Shown here piece after piece: positions 38,129 to 47,444 of a stretch of DNA of 64,000 nt. Origin of the DNA: Candidatus Woykebacteria bacterium (GTDB lineage: Bacteria > Patescibacteriota > Microgenomatia > Woykebacterales > RBG-16-39-9b). Below the pieces are notes generated by a model that was given only the letters and a program-made list of their open reading frames with translations, searched no databases and was not told where the DNA came from. A program made the translations under genes and the position numbers. The DNA lies in contig JBBDPN010000002.1 in assembly GCA_040876265.1 (NCBI GenBank), positions 236,330-300,329 on the forward strand. The letters run 5' to 3'. The first letter of the stretch is position 1. Every line of letters begins with the position of its first letter.

Positions 38129-38755
38129 ATGGCTAGATACACAGGACCAAAATTTAAATTAGATCGCAGGGAAGGAACGAACCTTTTTCTAAAAGGAAAA
38201 AGGAGCATTTCCGGGAAACACCCAATTGATAAAAAAGGCGCTGTCCCGCCGGGTCAACATGGGCAGAGATCACTGCGTAGAAAGAGATCCGATTTTGGTT
38301 TGCAACTGCGAGAAAAACAAAAAGTAAAGAGGATGTATGGAGTTTTGGAGAGGCAGTTTAGGAATTATTTCGAAAAAGCATCAAAGGAAAAGGGCAACAC
38401 CGGCTTTGCTCTTATCAAGTCGCTCGAAATGAGATTGGATAATGTGGTTTACAGGTTAGGGTTTGCTCCATCAAGGGCTGCGGCAAGACAGTTTGTTACT
38501 CACGGTCACATCCGTGTCAACGGCAAAAAGGTGAACATCCCTTCTTTCGGCGTCAAAAAAGATGATGTAGTAGCTTTATCGGAAAAGGCCCAGAAATTTT
38601 CTAATGTCGAAGAATCATTAAAATTAAGGGAAGGTGAATTGCCCAAGTGGCTAGAGAGAAAAGCCTTGGTAGGAAAAATAGCTAGTCTACCGGAGGCAGA
38701 AGATACGGAGTCAATTGCAAACGAGCAGTTGATTGTCGAATATTATTCTCGTTAG
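38129..38755 (+). CDS. rpsD: 30S ribosomal protein S4
   Basis: MARYTGPKFKL, S4 domain. Confidence 0.96.
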   Translation: MARYTGPKFKLDRREGTNLFLKGKRSISGKHPIDKKGAVPPGQHGQRSLRRKRSDFGLQLREKQKVKRMYGVLERQFRNYFEKASKEKGNTGFALIKSLEMRLDNVVYRLGFAPSRAAARQFVTHGHIRVNGKKVNIPSFGVKKDDVVALSEKAQKFSNVEESLKLREGELPKWLERKALVGKIASLPEAEDTESIANEQLIVEYYSR

Positions 38756-38825
38756 AGAACATCGCTTAAAAGGGATATTCTCGTTAAATTTTTTGCTCAG
38801 CGCTTGAGCATATGAAGGAGGATTT

Positions 38826-39725
38826 ATGTTGGAATTACTAAAAGTTGAACAAAAAGGGGACTCCCGCGAGGGAAATATTATAATGGAACCGCTACCCCAG
38901 GGTTACGGCCTGACCTTGGGTAATGCCCTAAGGCGTACGTTACTTTCATCTTTGCCCGGAGCTGCCATTACTCAGGTAAAAATAACTGGCGTAAAGCATG
39001 AATACAGCACGATAAAGGGGGTAAAAGAAGACGTTGTCGAGATTCTTTTAAACCTGAAAAGAGTTAGGTTAAATATTGAGGGTGATAAGAGCGTAAAGTT
39101 AGATTTGGAGGCAAAAGGTCCTGGCGAAGTAAAGGCAAAGGATATAAAAACACCAAGCGGTGTAATCATAGAAAACCCAGATTTCCACATCGCCTCTCTG
39201 GCTGATTCGAAAGTAAAACTTTCCATGGAAATGACTGCGGAAAAAGGCGTGGGCTTTTTACCAATCGAGTCCAGGAGTTCACTAGGAATTGGCACCATAC
39301 CTTTGGATGCCAGTTTTTCCCCAGTAGTCAAAGTGAGCTATAAGGTAGAACCGACCCGTGTTGGACAAATGACCAATTTTGATAAGCTTACCATTTCGAT
39401 CACAACCGACGGAACGGTTTCTCCCGCGCAATCGGTAAAACAAGCGTCCAAGATCTTGGAGGATTACTTTGCAGTTTTGGTAGAGCAAAGAAAGCAACCT
39501 TTGAAGGACAATGAGAAAAAAGCAGCCCCGAAAATGGAAAAAACTGCCCTAGTCGAGGAGCTAGAACTTTCTACTCGTATCACCAACGCTTTAAAGAGCG
39601 CCAATATCGATACTGTTGGAAAGCTACTTGAAACCCCCAAGGAAGAACTTGTAAAGCTAAAAAACATGGGCGCTAAATCAATAAGCGATATCGAAGAGAG
39701 ACTAAAAGAAAAGGAACTTATTTAG
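38826..39725 (+). CDS. rpoA: DNA-directed RNA polymerase alpha subunit (short, 299 aa)
   Basis: EPLPQGYGLTLGNALRRTLLSSLPGAA. C-terminal domain ELELSTRITNALKSANIDTVGKL. Confidence 0.94.
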   Translation: MLELLKVEQKGDSREGNIIMEPLPQGYGLTLGNALRRTLLSSLPGAAITQVKITGVKHEYSTIKGVKEDVVEILLNLKRVRLNIEGDKSVKLDLEAKGPGEVKAKDIKTPSGVIIENPDFHIASLADSKVKLSMEMTAEKGVGFLPIESRSSLGIGTIPLDASFSPVVKVSYKVEPTRVGQMTNFDKLTISITTDGTVSPAQSVKQASKILEDYFAVLVEQRKQPLKDNEKKAAPKMEKTALVEELELSTRITNALKSANIDTVGKLLETPKEELVKLKNMGAKSISDIEERLKEKELI

Positions 39726-39728
39726 TTT

Positions 39729-40253
39729 ATGAGACATAGGGTTTCTCAGAAAAAACTCTCTCGTGATACAAATGCCCGCAAGGCGCTTTTAAAAAATTTG
39801 GCGACGTCTCTTGTATTACACGAAAAAATTGTTACCACCACTACTAAAGCAAAAGCAGTAAGACCGTTTGTAGAAAAACTGGTAACCGTCGCCAAAGAAG
39901 ACACAATTATCAATCGTCGCTACCTGTCAACCAAGCTAGACAAAGATGCGGCTGTTCGGAAGATTCTCGAACTTGTCGGCCCTACCTTTAAAGAAAGACC
40001 TGGGGGTTATACCAGAATAATCAAAGCATCTCCAAGGGCTGGCGATCGCGCCGATATGTCGATTATAGAATTTGTGGATAATGTTTCTGAAACAGCAGCA
40101 AAAAGAAAGCTTGAAGAAAAGAAGCCAAAAAAAATTTCCAAGAAAGAACTAACTAAAGTACAAACCGAGCAAAAGAAAACAACAACAAAATCTAAAACCT
40201 CACGTATAAAATCTATAAGTAAAAAGGCGGCAGCGGAAGGTAAGAAGAAATAA
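39729..40253 (+). CDS. rplQ: 50S ribosomal protein L17 with C-terminal lysine-rich extension
   Basis: [40 protein letters not shown] tail. Confidence 0.93.
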   Translation: MRHRVSQKKLSRDTNARKALLKNLATSLVLHEKIVTTTTKAKAVRPFVEKLVTVAKEDTIINRRYLSTKLDKDAAVRKILELVGPTFKERPGGYTRIIKASPRAGDRADMSIIEFVDNVSETAAKRKLEEKKPKKISKKELTKVQTEQKKTTTKSKTSRIKSISKKAAAEGKKK

Positions 40254-40705
40254 TGGTACAGGCAACACAAGAGACGAAAATTAAAAAGGAAGCTAAATCG
40301 AAAACAGTCGAAAGGGACTGGCTACTCATTGATGCCAAAAATAAAGTTTTGGGTAGACTGTCCACCCGAATTGCAATTTTTTTGATGGGCAAGCACAAGC
40401 CGAATTGGCAACCTTATCTAGATGTTGGGGATAACGTTATTGTTTTGAACGCAGCGAAAGTTTCTGTTACCGGGAAAAAGGGAAAGCAAAAAGAATATTT
40501 TCGCTACTCTGGTTACCCAGGCGGTTTGAAAAGAGAGACTTTTGAAAAGCTCCAAAACCGAAAACCCGAAGAAATAATACGCCACGCTGTTGCCGGTATG
40601 TTACCAAAAAATAAACTAGGAGCAGCGATGATAAAAAAACTTTTTATTTACCCAAGAGAGGCTCACCCGCACGAAGCGCAAAAACCAAAGGAGTTGGAGG
40701 TATAA
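40253..40705 (+). CDS. rplM: 50S ribosomal protein L13
   Basis: W.LIDA.....GRL...IA..L.GKHKP. Confidence 0.94.
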   Translation: MVQATQETKIKKEAKSKTVERDWLLIDAKNKVLGRLSTRIAIFLMGKHKPNWQPYLDVGDNVIVLNAAKVSVTGKKGKQKEYFRYSGYPGGLKRETFEKLQNRKPEEIIRHAVAGMLPKNKLGAAMIKKLFIYPREAHPHEAQKPKELEV

Positions 40706-40753
40706 AATATCCCGCTTCGCGTGATGTAATTTTCGCCAGGAAAGGTTCAAATT

Positions 40754-41230
40754 ATGCCAAGGAAAAAAGCAGTAACTACAGAGAAGCCTGAAAAAAAAGA
40801 AGAGAAGAAAAAGGAAGCAAAAGCCAAGAAACCTTCGACTGAGCCAATTTTGATGGGAACCGGCAGGAGAAAAACATCGGTTGCCCGGGTATGGCTAAAA
40901 AACGTAAAGGGTGATATATCGGTGAATGAAAAGCCTATTGATAAATATTTTGTTGGCCCGGCCGCAAAAAGGATTTACGAAGAACCACTGCGGGTTGTAA
41001 ATAGGATTGGTCAATTTTCCGGAACGATAAAAGTAGAGGGCGGTGGAGCTTCGTCTCAACTAGGTGCTATAAAACACGGTATCGCACGGGCGCTTTCAAG
41101 TTTTGATAGTGAATTTCAGCAAATCCTTTCTAAAAGAAAACTACTTACCCGAGATCCTCGTATGAAGGAGAGAAGAAAATACGGCCACGCTGGAAAAGCC
41201 CGCAAGATGAAGCAAAGTCCAAAGAGATAG
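40754..41230 (+). CDS. rpsI: 30S ribosomal protein S9 with N-terminal lysine-rich extension
   Basis: GTGRRKTSVARV...ends ...PKR. Confidence 0.94.
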   Translation: MPRKKAVTTEKPEKKEEKKKEAKAKKPSTEPILMGTGRRKTSVARVWLKNVKGDISVNEKPIDKYFVGPAAKRIYEEPLRVVNRIGQFSGTIKVEGGGASSQLGAIKHGIARALSSFDSEFQQILSKRKLLTRDPRMKERRKYGHAGKARKMKQSPKR

Positions 41231-41232
41231 TT

Positions 41233-41433
41233 TTAGTACATTTTTCCGCGAAAAATTGCTTGGTAAAAGAGAAGAAGGGCAATTACTCCCGGTAGGATAG
41301 CTAGTTTTCGGATGAAGCTGTTATCTATGCTTACCAGACCAAGTGCGACCAAAATTAAAATAAAAGCCCAGGCTAGAGGACTCCAACGACTCATTTTGTA
41401 AAAAATTTGGCGCCAATCAAAGCCTTCACCCAT
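41233..41433 (-). CDS. Small hypothetical 2-TM membrane protein
   Basis: 66 aa hydrophobic ORF convergent with rpsI. Weak support. Confidence 0.3.
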   Translation of the reverse strand: MGEGFDWRQIFYKMSRWSPLAWAFILILVALGLVSIDNSFIRKLAILPGVIALLLFYQAIFRGKMY

Positions 41434-41474
41434 AAATTAATTTTATCAAAAATTGGTCGATTTTGTTGGACGAA

Positions 41475-41897
41475 TTAGCTTACTGCTTTCTTCACGAACG
41501 CGGCGATTTTTTCCTCTTCACTGGCAGTCAATTTCTGCAGCGCAAAGGAGGTTGGCCACATATTGCCCTCGTCGAGGTTGGCCACGGAATTGAAGCCAAA
41601 AGTTGCATAACGCTCCTTGAACTTTGATGCAGCTGTGAAGAAGCAGATTACCTTGCCGTCTTTGCCCGCATACGCAGGCATACCGTACCAGGTTTTCGGC
41701 GTGAGGGCCGGCGCGCTTTTCTTAACGATCGTGTGGATCCTCTTGGCCATGACGCGATCTGGCTGCGGCATTTCGGCGATCTTCGCTAGCACGGCGCTTT
41801 CCCCTTTGTCCGCCCCTCGCAGTTCTTGGACCCGTTCCTTCATCGCGGCTCGTTCCTCGTCCGTGAATCCCGTCAGCTGCTTGTTAGTGCTCGTCAT
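41475..41897 (-). CDS. DUF1801 (YdhG-like) domain protein in GC-rich patch
   Basis: 140 aa. ...[20 protein letters not shown]...[10 protein letters not shown] is typical of DUF1801. Local GC is about 52%, versus about 42% in the flanks. Confidence 0.6.
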   Translation of the reverse strand: MTSTNKQLTGFTDEERAAMKERVQELRGADKGESAVLAKIAEMPQPDRVMAKRIHTIVKKSAPALTPKTWYGMPAYAGKDGKVICFFTAASKFKERYATFGFNSVANLDEGNMWPTSFALQKLTASEEEKIAAFVKKAVS

Positions 41898-41984
41898 AGT
41901 CTTTCTACCTCCTTATAAATTCATATTTCGAATTCTACACTAAAAATGCTAGAATTACATTGGAATTATTTGTATCTTTAGTTT

Positions 41985-42058
41985 CGGGGTGTAGTATAGT
42001 GGTAACACACCGCGCTGGGGGTGCGGTATCGGGAGTTCGATTCTCCCCACCCCGACCA
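41985..42058 (+). tRNA. tRNA-Pro (anticodon GGG), CCA encoded
   Basis: Acceptor stem CGGGGTG/CACCCCG. Anticodon stem CCGCG/TGCGG with loop CUGGGGG (U33-GGG-G37). T-arm GGGAG-TTCGATT-CTCCC. Discriminator A plus CCA. Confidence 0.85.
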
Positions 42059-42129
42059 GTTAATTTCGTGCCTGAGTTACTATATCATATTGTATCAGGG
42101 CTGAGGTGTTATCGAACCTTTGAGGCTAG

Positions 42130-42687
42130 TTACTTATCTGGTTGATTTAAGAAAATTACCAAACTTTTTAGAAGTTCTCCTGTCACCGCAAAACTCTGTT
42201 TTTCTTCAAAAGTCATTTCCGCAAAAGTTCTACTTTCTCCTTCTGGAATGAAAATCACGTCCCAATCATAACCATTTGTTCCCCTAGGTTCGGTTGGAAC
42301 TGCTCCTTTCAAGGTTTCCTCAAAGAAGGTCGTTTCTTTTCCATCAAAATAACCTAGAACTGTAGTCCACTGGCAGCCAAACTGTTTAAAAAGCTTGGCT
42401 ATTTCACAAGTCTTCTCTACTCCAACTGTATCTTTAAGATAGTATCTAATAAAAGGCCCAGGGAATCCGTTCAAGCAGTCGAAGCTAAGGGAAGAGTCAT
42501 GCACAAAGCAAGGTCTTCCCGCCTTCTCAAAAGCTTGCCTTAACTTGTGTTCAACGATTTTCTTTGGGTCTAATGATTGAATTTCGTCAACATCAAACTC
42601 AACATGCTCAATTTCAAACTCAGGCAAAAGTTTCTTTGCATCCTCAACTTTGTTTAAATTTTGGGTAACGAAGACTAAAGTTTTCAT
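42130..42687 (-). CDS. Non-canonical purine NTP pyrophosphatase (Ham1/RdgB/ITPase family)
   Basis: N-terminal TQN.NK..E and FPGPFIRYY. Ham1 fold length 185 aa. Confidence 0.85.
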   Translation of the reverse strand: MKTLVFVTQNLNKVEDAKKLLPEFEIEHVEFDVDEIQSLDPKKIVEHKLRQAFEKAGRPCFVHDSSLSFDCLNGFPGPFIRYYLKDTVGVEKTCEIAKLFKQFGCQWTTVLGYFDGKETTFFEETLKGAVPTEPRGTNGYDWDVIFIPEGESRTFAEMTFEEKQSFAVTGELLKSLVIFLNQPDK

Positions 42688-42797
42688 GAGCTTGCTGCCA
42701 TTCTAGCATTTTTGGTGTAAAAATCTCCACTACATGGACATTCTTGCATTTTCACTTGGTGAAAAAGTAATATACAAAGGTATCAAAATGAATAATC

Positions 42798-43634
42798 TTA
42801 AGTTGATTTTCCCGCCGTTTTGTCAAACTTAGGGGAGTAGTTGGTGAAGTAAAAGAGCCAACTGGCAAAAATTAAGTAGGTGGACCATACAAATGCTTGA
42901 CCCACGCTTGGGCTTGGTCGCCAGCCAATTATGGATTTAAGGAATCCGGCTATTTGACCACTACCGATTAATGGGACCGATGTAAGATCCCAAGCCTGTC
43001 GAAGGTAAACATTCAAAACTCCCGCCTCTTGAAACTCGTGGACCGCGTTGCCCAGCATTCCGGCTGCAACAATGATTATAAAGCCACCAGTCACCTGGAA
43101 AAATAGCTTCAGGTTGATTAGCTTACTTCCCGAGTACACCAAGTAGCCAATTATACTAGCAGTAGCTAGTCCTACAATTGCTCCCGAAATAGAAGAAACA
43201 GCGGTGTTATTTAGAAAGACAGCCAGAAGGAAAAGTCCAGTTTCTATACCTTCTCTTAGAACCCCAATAAATACCACAGAAGAGAGGGCTATCATTGACC
43301 CAGTGGTCAACGCCACATCTACTTTGCTTCTTAGGTCTTGACCGAGAGTTTTTGACTGGCCCCGCATCCAAAAGATCATCCAAGTAAGAACCGCCGCTGC
43401 CAGCAAACTAATAAACCCCTCAGTTAATTGTTCGGCTCTTCCTTCCAAATTTCCAATAGAAACAAACACAAGCCCAGCAATTAACAGGGAGATGAGTATC
43501 GCAACCGCAGCTCCAAGAAAAACAAACGGGAACTTATTAGTTTTGCCAAGGGTACGAAGATACGCCAAAACGATAGCTATAATCAAGGCGGCCTCTAGAC
43601 CTTCGCGAAGTGTAATTAAAAACGCTGCGCCCAT
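42798..43634 (-). CDS. FTR1/EfeU-family high-affinity iron permease
   Basis: Two REGLE motifs (LREGLEAAL near the N-terminus, LREGIETGLF mid-protein). 7 TM. Start taken at MGAAFLITLREG; the ORF-track N-terminal extension was dropped. Confidence 0.8.
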   Translation of the reverse strand: MGAAFLITLREGLEAALIIAIVLAYLRTLGKTNKFPFVFLGAAVAILISLLIAGLVFVSIGNLEGRAEQLTEGFISLLAAAVLTWMIFWMRGQSKTLGQDLRSKVDVALTTGSMIALSSVVFIGVLREGIETGLFLLAVFLNNTAVSSISGAIVGLATASIIGYLVYSGSKLINLKLFFQVTGGFIIIVAAGMLGNAVHEFQEAGVLNVYLRQAWDLTSVPLIGSGQIAGFLKSIIGWRPSPSVGQAFVWSTYLIFASWLFYFTNYSPKFDKTAGKST

Positions 43635-43640
43635 ATTTGC

Positions 43641-44363
43641 TTGAAAACTATGACAAACAAGAGTCCAGTTGTCAATAGACCTTCCCAGTGGTACCATTCC
43701 TTCAGTTGGTCTATAATTAAATCAGTGCCCAACCCAGAGCTAGAAAAATATATCTCTGCTGCCAGGGAGCAAAAAGTCCCGGACGAAAAAATCAAATCTC
43801 AGCTGATAAAATCCGGCTGGCCGCAGCAAGATGTCCTCGAAGCCATGACCCCAAAAACTGCTTCCAATGTCAACTTGCCGCCCCCACCAGTGCCGCAATT
43901 TGGAATGTGGGTTGCTTTTCAATATGTGATCCTATTCATCACTCTTTATGTCAGTGCTACGGCGCTTGGGGGAATTTTACATCACGCTGTGGACAGGTTT
44001 ATTTCGGACCCACTAACAAGGGTTGACTACGGAGCTGCAGTTGGCGAAGTTTTTATTAAGGGTTATCTAGCCGCGATCATTGTAGCTTATCCTATTTTTG
44101 CGTTTTTATTTGTCGTCCTGAAGAAACAAGTCCTCGAGCGACCAGGGGTAAGGAATCTTCGGATAAGAAAAATTTTAATTTACTTGACAATGATAGGGAC
44201 TTTTATAATTATGATCGGTCACTTGATAACCACAATATACAGCCTTCTTGGTGGGTCTGTAACAATGAAGTCGCTAGCCCATCTTTTGGTGACCCTCGTA
44301 GTGGCCGGGTCTATATTTGGCTACTTATTAAATGAGGTTAGAGAGGATCGTAAGGCAGAATGA
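43641..44363 (+). CDS. Hypothetical 4-TM membrane protein
   Basis: Hydrophobic C-terminal 170 aa. Start uncertain (internal Met candidates at MTPKT and MWVAF). Confidence 0.4.
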   Translation: MKTMTNKSPVVNRPSQWYHSFSWSIIKSVPNPELEKYISAAREQKVPDEKIKSQLIKSGWPQQDVLEAMTPKTASNVNLPPPPVPQFGMWVAFQYVILFITLYVSATALGGILHHAVDRFISDPLTRVDYGAAVGEVFIKGYLAAIIVAYPIFAFLFVVLKKQVLERPGVRNLRIRKILIYLTMIGTFIIMIGHLITTIYSLLGGSVTMKSLAHLLVTLVVAGSIFGYLLNEVREDRKAE

Positions 44364-44788
44364 ACAAACATTATTTCACAATTGGGGCGGTTACAATAAT
44401 TGTAATCATTGCTATTATTTATGGATTTTTCGCTGCTGGTACACCAGGCGAAGCCCGGGAAAGAAAATTTGACCAAGAGAGAGTAAGTAATATTTCAAGC
44501 CTAAAATACGTGGTAGAAGACTACTACCAACAAAATAAACAGCTGCCCTCTAGATTGGATGACTTATCCACAAGTTCGTATGGATACGGTAGTATAAAAG
44601 ATCCAGAGACGGGGGAAGAGTATTTCTATTCAACAGCTGGCTCAACGTCATATAAATTATGCGCTACTTTCTCTACTGCCTCGGATGAGAAACAGGATAG
44701 CATCTATGGTTATTACGATCGAGAATTTAGTCACCCGAAAGGTTACCACTGTTTTAATCAGACTATTCGTACCAGTCTGTACGATTGA
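44360..44788 (+). CDS. Pilin/pseudopilin-like membrane-anchored protein (non-canonical N-terminus)
   Basis: N-terminal TM then DQERVSNISSLKYVVEDYYQQNKQLPSRLDDL, which resembles the type IV pilin/GspG alpha1-C segment (D..R..DL..I..AL..Y...NG.YP..L..L). Lacks the G-FTLIE prepilin cleavage motif (has HYFTIGAV). Confidence 0.4.
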   Translation: MNKHYFTIGAVTIIVIIAIIYGFFAAGTPGEARERKFDQERVSNISSLKYVVEDYYQQNKQLPSRLDDLSTSSYGYGSIKDPETGEEYFYSTAGSTSYKLCATFSTASDEKQDSIYGYYDREFSHPKGYHCFNQTIRTSLYD

Positions 44789-44899
44789 CTTGCGAAAAGC
44801 CACCGAGCAGCTACCAAATTTACTGCTTGTTTTTCATTAAAGCCTGTGCTACTTTAATTCCTACTACAGGTCTGCCCAAAGTACAGTAAGGAGATTTTT

Positions 44900-45916
44900 A
44901 TGAGTAGTGATGGGAAGCTCGATTCAATAAAAGCGGCGATGGCCGAAATCGAAAAACAGTTTGGTAAGGGGAGCATAATGAAGCTTGGGGAGGTAGGGGC
45001 CAAGATGGCCGTTGATGCTATACCGACAGGGTCGCTTGGACTTGACTTAGCTTTGGGTATTGGCGGTTTACCAAAGGGGAGGATCGTCGAAATTTTTGGT
45101 CCGGAAGGTGGTGGGAAAACAACATTAGCCCTTCACGTAATCGCCGAGGCCCAGAAAAAAGGTGGCACTGCGGCTTTCGTTGATGCCGAACACGCTCTTG
45201 ATCCGACTCGAGCTGAAAGTATTGGCGTAAATATTACGGAGTTACTAGTATCCCAACCAGACACAGGCGAGCAAGCACTAGAAATTGTTGAAACATTGGT
45301 GAGGAGTGGAGCGGTCGATATAGTAGTGGTGGATTCGGTAGCGGCACTTGTTCCAAGGGCTGAGGTGGAAGGTGAAATGGGCGATGCATTTATTGGTATC
45401 CAAGCCCGGTTGATGAGCCAAGCGATGCGAAAGCTAGCGGCGGCTATCTCCAAATCAAGAACGTTGGTCATTTTTATTAACCAACTAAGGGAAAAAGTAG
45501 GGGTTATGTTTGGTAACCCCGAGACAACTCCTGGTGGACGAGCTTTAAAATTCTATTCCTCAGTTCGTATTGATGTGAGAAGAATTGAAAGTATTACCGA
45601 CGGTGGTGAAGTGCTCGGTAATAGAGTAAAGGCAAAAGTAGTAAAAAATAAAGTAGCACCTCCGTTTAGGATAGCGGAGTTTGACATAATGTTTGACAAA
45701 GGAATATCGAAAGAAGGTTCTATTTTAGACGCAGCGGTAGACGCCGGTATTGTCAACAAAAGCGGTGGGTGGTTTTCGTACGGTGGCCAAAACATTGCTC
45801 AGGGTCGTGAGGCTGCGAAAGCGTTTCTCGCCGAAAACCACAAAATATCTTCGGAGATCGAGAAAAAAGTAAAAGAACCAAAGACCAAAGCCAAAGGTAA
45901 CAGCTCACCCTCTTAA
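44900..45916 (+). CDS. recA: Recombinase RecA
   Basis: Walker [27 protein letters not shown]. Confidence 0.98.
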   Translation: MSSDGKLDSIKAAMAEIEKQFGKGSIMKLGEVGAKMAVDAIPTGSLGLDLALGIGGLPKGRIVEIFGPEGGGKTTLALHVIAEAQKKGGTAAFVDAEHALDPTRAESIGVNITELLVSQPDTGEQALEIVETLVRSGAVDIVVVDSVAALVPRAEVEGEMGDAFIGIQARLMSQAMRKLAAAISKSRTLVIFINQLREKVGVMFGNPETTPGGRALKFYSSVRIDVRRIESITDGGEVLGNRVKAKVVKNKVAPPFRIAEFDIMFDKGISKEGSILDAAVDAGIVNKSGGWFSYGGQNIAQGREAAKAFLAENHKISSEIEKKVKEPKTKAKGNSSPS

Positions 45917-45978
45917 AATTTCAATTGAAAAAGAGGCTGCACGGGTGGCACAGCCTCGTAGCGGCAGGTTACCCGTCC

Positions 45979-46308
45979 TCATAGAGGACTGGGAAGAACT
46001 CGTTGGAACTCTCCGTCCTCAAGTTGGTTCTCCCACTGTAGCCAGCGATCGAAACCATTGGGGTCTCGATAAGCCGGCATCTTGTACACCCGTCTCTCGC
46101 TTGTAACCTGATCTTGGGCCAGGTAAAGGAGATACGGTTGAGCGGCTTGGACGATCTGATCCCAGTTAGATTCGAAGGAGACGGCAATGTCGGGTGGTAA
46201 AGTCTTCCATTCGTGATCAATCAGAGGTCCGAGGAAATCCAACAGACCGCGAACCACCTCGTTTACAGGACCGCCATCAGGTTTTGAGAAAGCTTGGATT
46301 CCTTTCAC
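45979..46308 (-). CDS. Hypothetical protein (109 aa) in GC-rich insert, downstream partner of 46313..46558
   Basis: Separated by 4 nt from the upstream minus-strand ORF, in a different frame. W-rich with no recognised family. Confidence 0.35.
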   Translation of the reverse strand: MKGIQAFSKPDGGPVNEVVRGLLDFLGPLIDHEWKTLPPDIAVSFESNWDQIVQAAQPYLLYLAQDQVTSERRVYKMPAYRDPNGFDRWLQWENQLEDGEFQRVLPSPL

Positions 46309-46312
46309 AACC

Positions 46313-46558
46313 TTACGCCTCGACCACAGATGGCACGACTAGCCTCCAGACTGTTCTACCATCGACTTGATCGATTGATACGAAGTCGAACTGGGGGCCA
46401 AGTATAGCCCGAAGCAGTTCAGGGTAGTCTTCAATCGCATCCACTTGTCTGGGTGTGATCTCGGTCGTTCCGGAACCGATTAACTCGTGGAGCGGTCCCA
46501 GAAGGATTTCTGGAATCCTAAGGTCGACAAGCCTTCTCCCCTTCTGATCAAAAGACAT
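46313..46558 (-). CDS. Hypothetical protein (81 aa) in GC-rich insert
   Basis: Start taken at MSFDQKGRR. The ORF-track N-terminal extension lies in AT-rich DNA. GC about 55%. Confidence 0.35.
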   Translation of the reverse strand: MSFDQKGRRLVDLRIPEILLGPLHELIGSGTTEITPRQVDAIEDYPELLRAILGPQFDFVSIDQVDGRTVWRLVVPSVVEA

Positions 46559-46666
46559 TTCTAGCCTCCTGCTAAGCTCAACTTTCTTCACGCAATTTAT
46601 ATCATAAACCAAGCAAACGGGCAAGTCTTTGTGTTGTTTTGAATTCTCTAGTATTATTGTTTTCAA

Positions 46667-47329
46667 GTGGGAAAAATTACAGATATAAAGCAACAGAAAA
46701 AGAACCTAAATCGACTTAGCGTTGATGTTGATGATAGTTTTGCCTTTGGAATTTCGGCGCAGTTGGTATTTGAAAAAAACCTCAAAATTAGCCAGGAAAT
46801 TTCCAAAAAGGAAATCGAGGATCTTATCTTTCAAGATCAAACAGAGAGACTGTTAAATAAATCGTTAAGATTTCTTTCTTTTCGCCCAAGAAGCGAGAAA
46901 GAGCTCCGTGACCATCTACTTAGAAAAGGTAGATTGAAGGAGGTAAAAAGCGACGGTGAGAAAGAACAGTATGAAAAATCAATCGAAATGGTGGTGAACA
47001 AATTAAAAAAAATAAAGCAACTTGACGATCAAGAATTTACCCGTTGGTGGGTAGAGCAGAGAAATAAATTTAAGCCTTCGGGTAAAAATCTACTTCGAGC
47101 GGAACTTTTGTCCAAAGGAATAAACAAAGAAACGGTAAACGATGTTATCGAGTCTAATTCTGAGGATCAGATCCAAATTGCTTTACTAGCGGCTCGGAAG
47201 AAAATGAAGCTTTACACAAAGTTACCAGCGTTGGAAATTAAAACAAAATTAAACCAGTTTTTGGCGAGACGAGGATTTGATTGGGGAACAATAAAAAAAG
47301 TCGTTGACAGCCTTGTAAATAAAGAGTAA
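46667..47329 (+). CDS. recX: Regulatory protein RecX
   Basis: Three-repeat helical RecX architecture (A.R.L..R..S..EL...L..KG). Located downstream of recA. Confidence 0.75.
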   Translation: MGKITDIKQQKKNLNRLSVDVDDSFAFGISAQLVFEKNLKISQEISKKEIEDLIFQDQTERLLNKSLRFLSFRPRSEKELRDHLLRKGRLKEVKSDGEKEQYEKSIEMVVNKLKKIKQLDDQEFTRWWVEQRNKFKPSGKNLLRAELLSKGINKETVNDVIESNSEDQIQIALLAARKKMKLYTKLPALEIKTKLNQFLARRGFDWGTIKKVVDSLVNKE

Positions 47330-47444
47330 AATAAGATCGCTGATTTATAAAAAAGATTGATATATCAACCATTTTTGCCCACCTACTGTTTAACTATTTT
47401 CCTGCCAAATCAATAAATTATGTACTTTGGAAAGGTAGAAAATT

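Noticed and set aside
46559-46693. N-terminal 45 aa of ORF 46313..46693
   Set aside because: Falls in AT-rich DNA that is more likely the recX promoter region. Composition switches exactly at the internal Met (MSFDQ).
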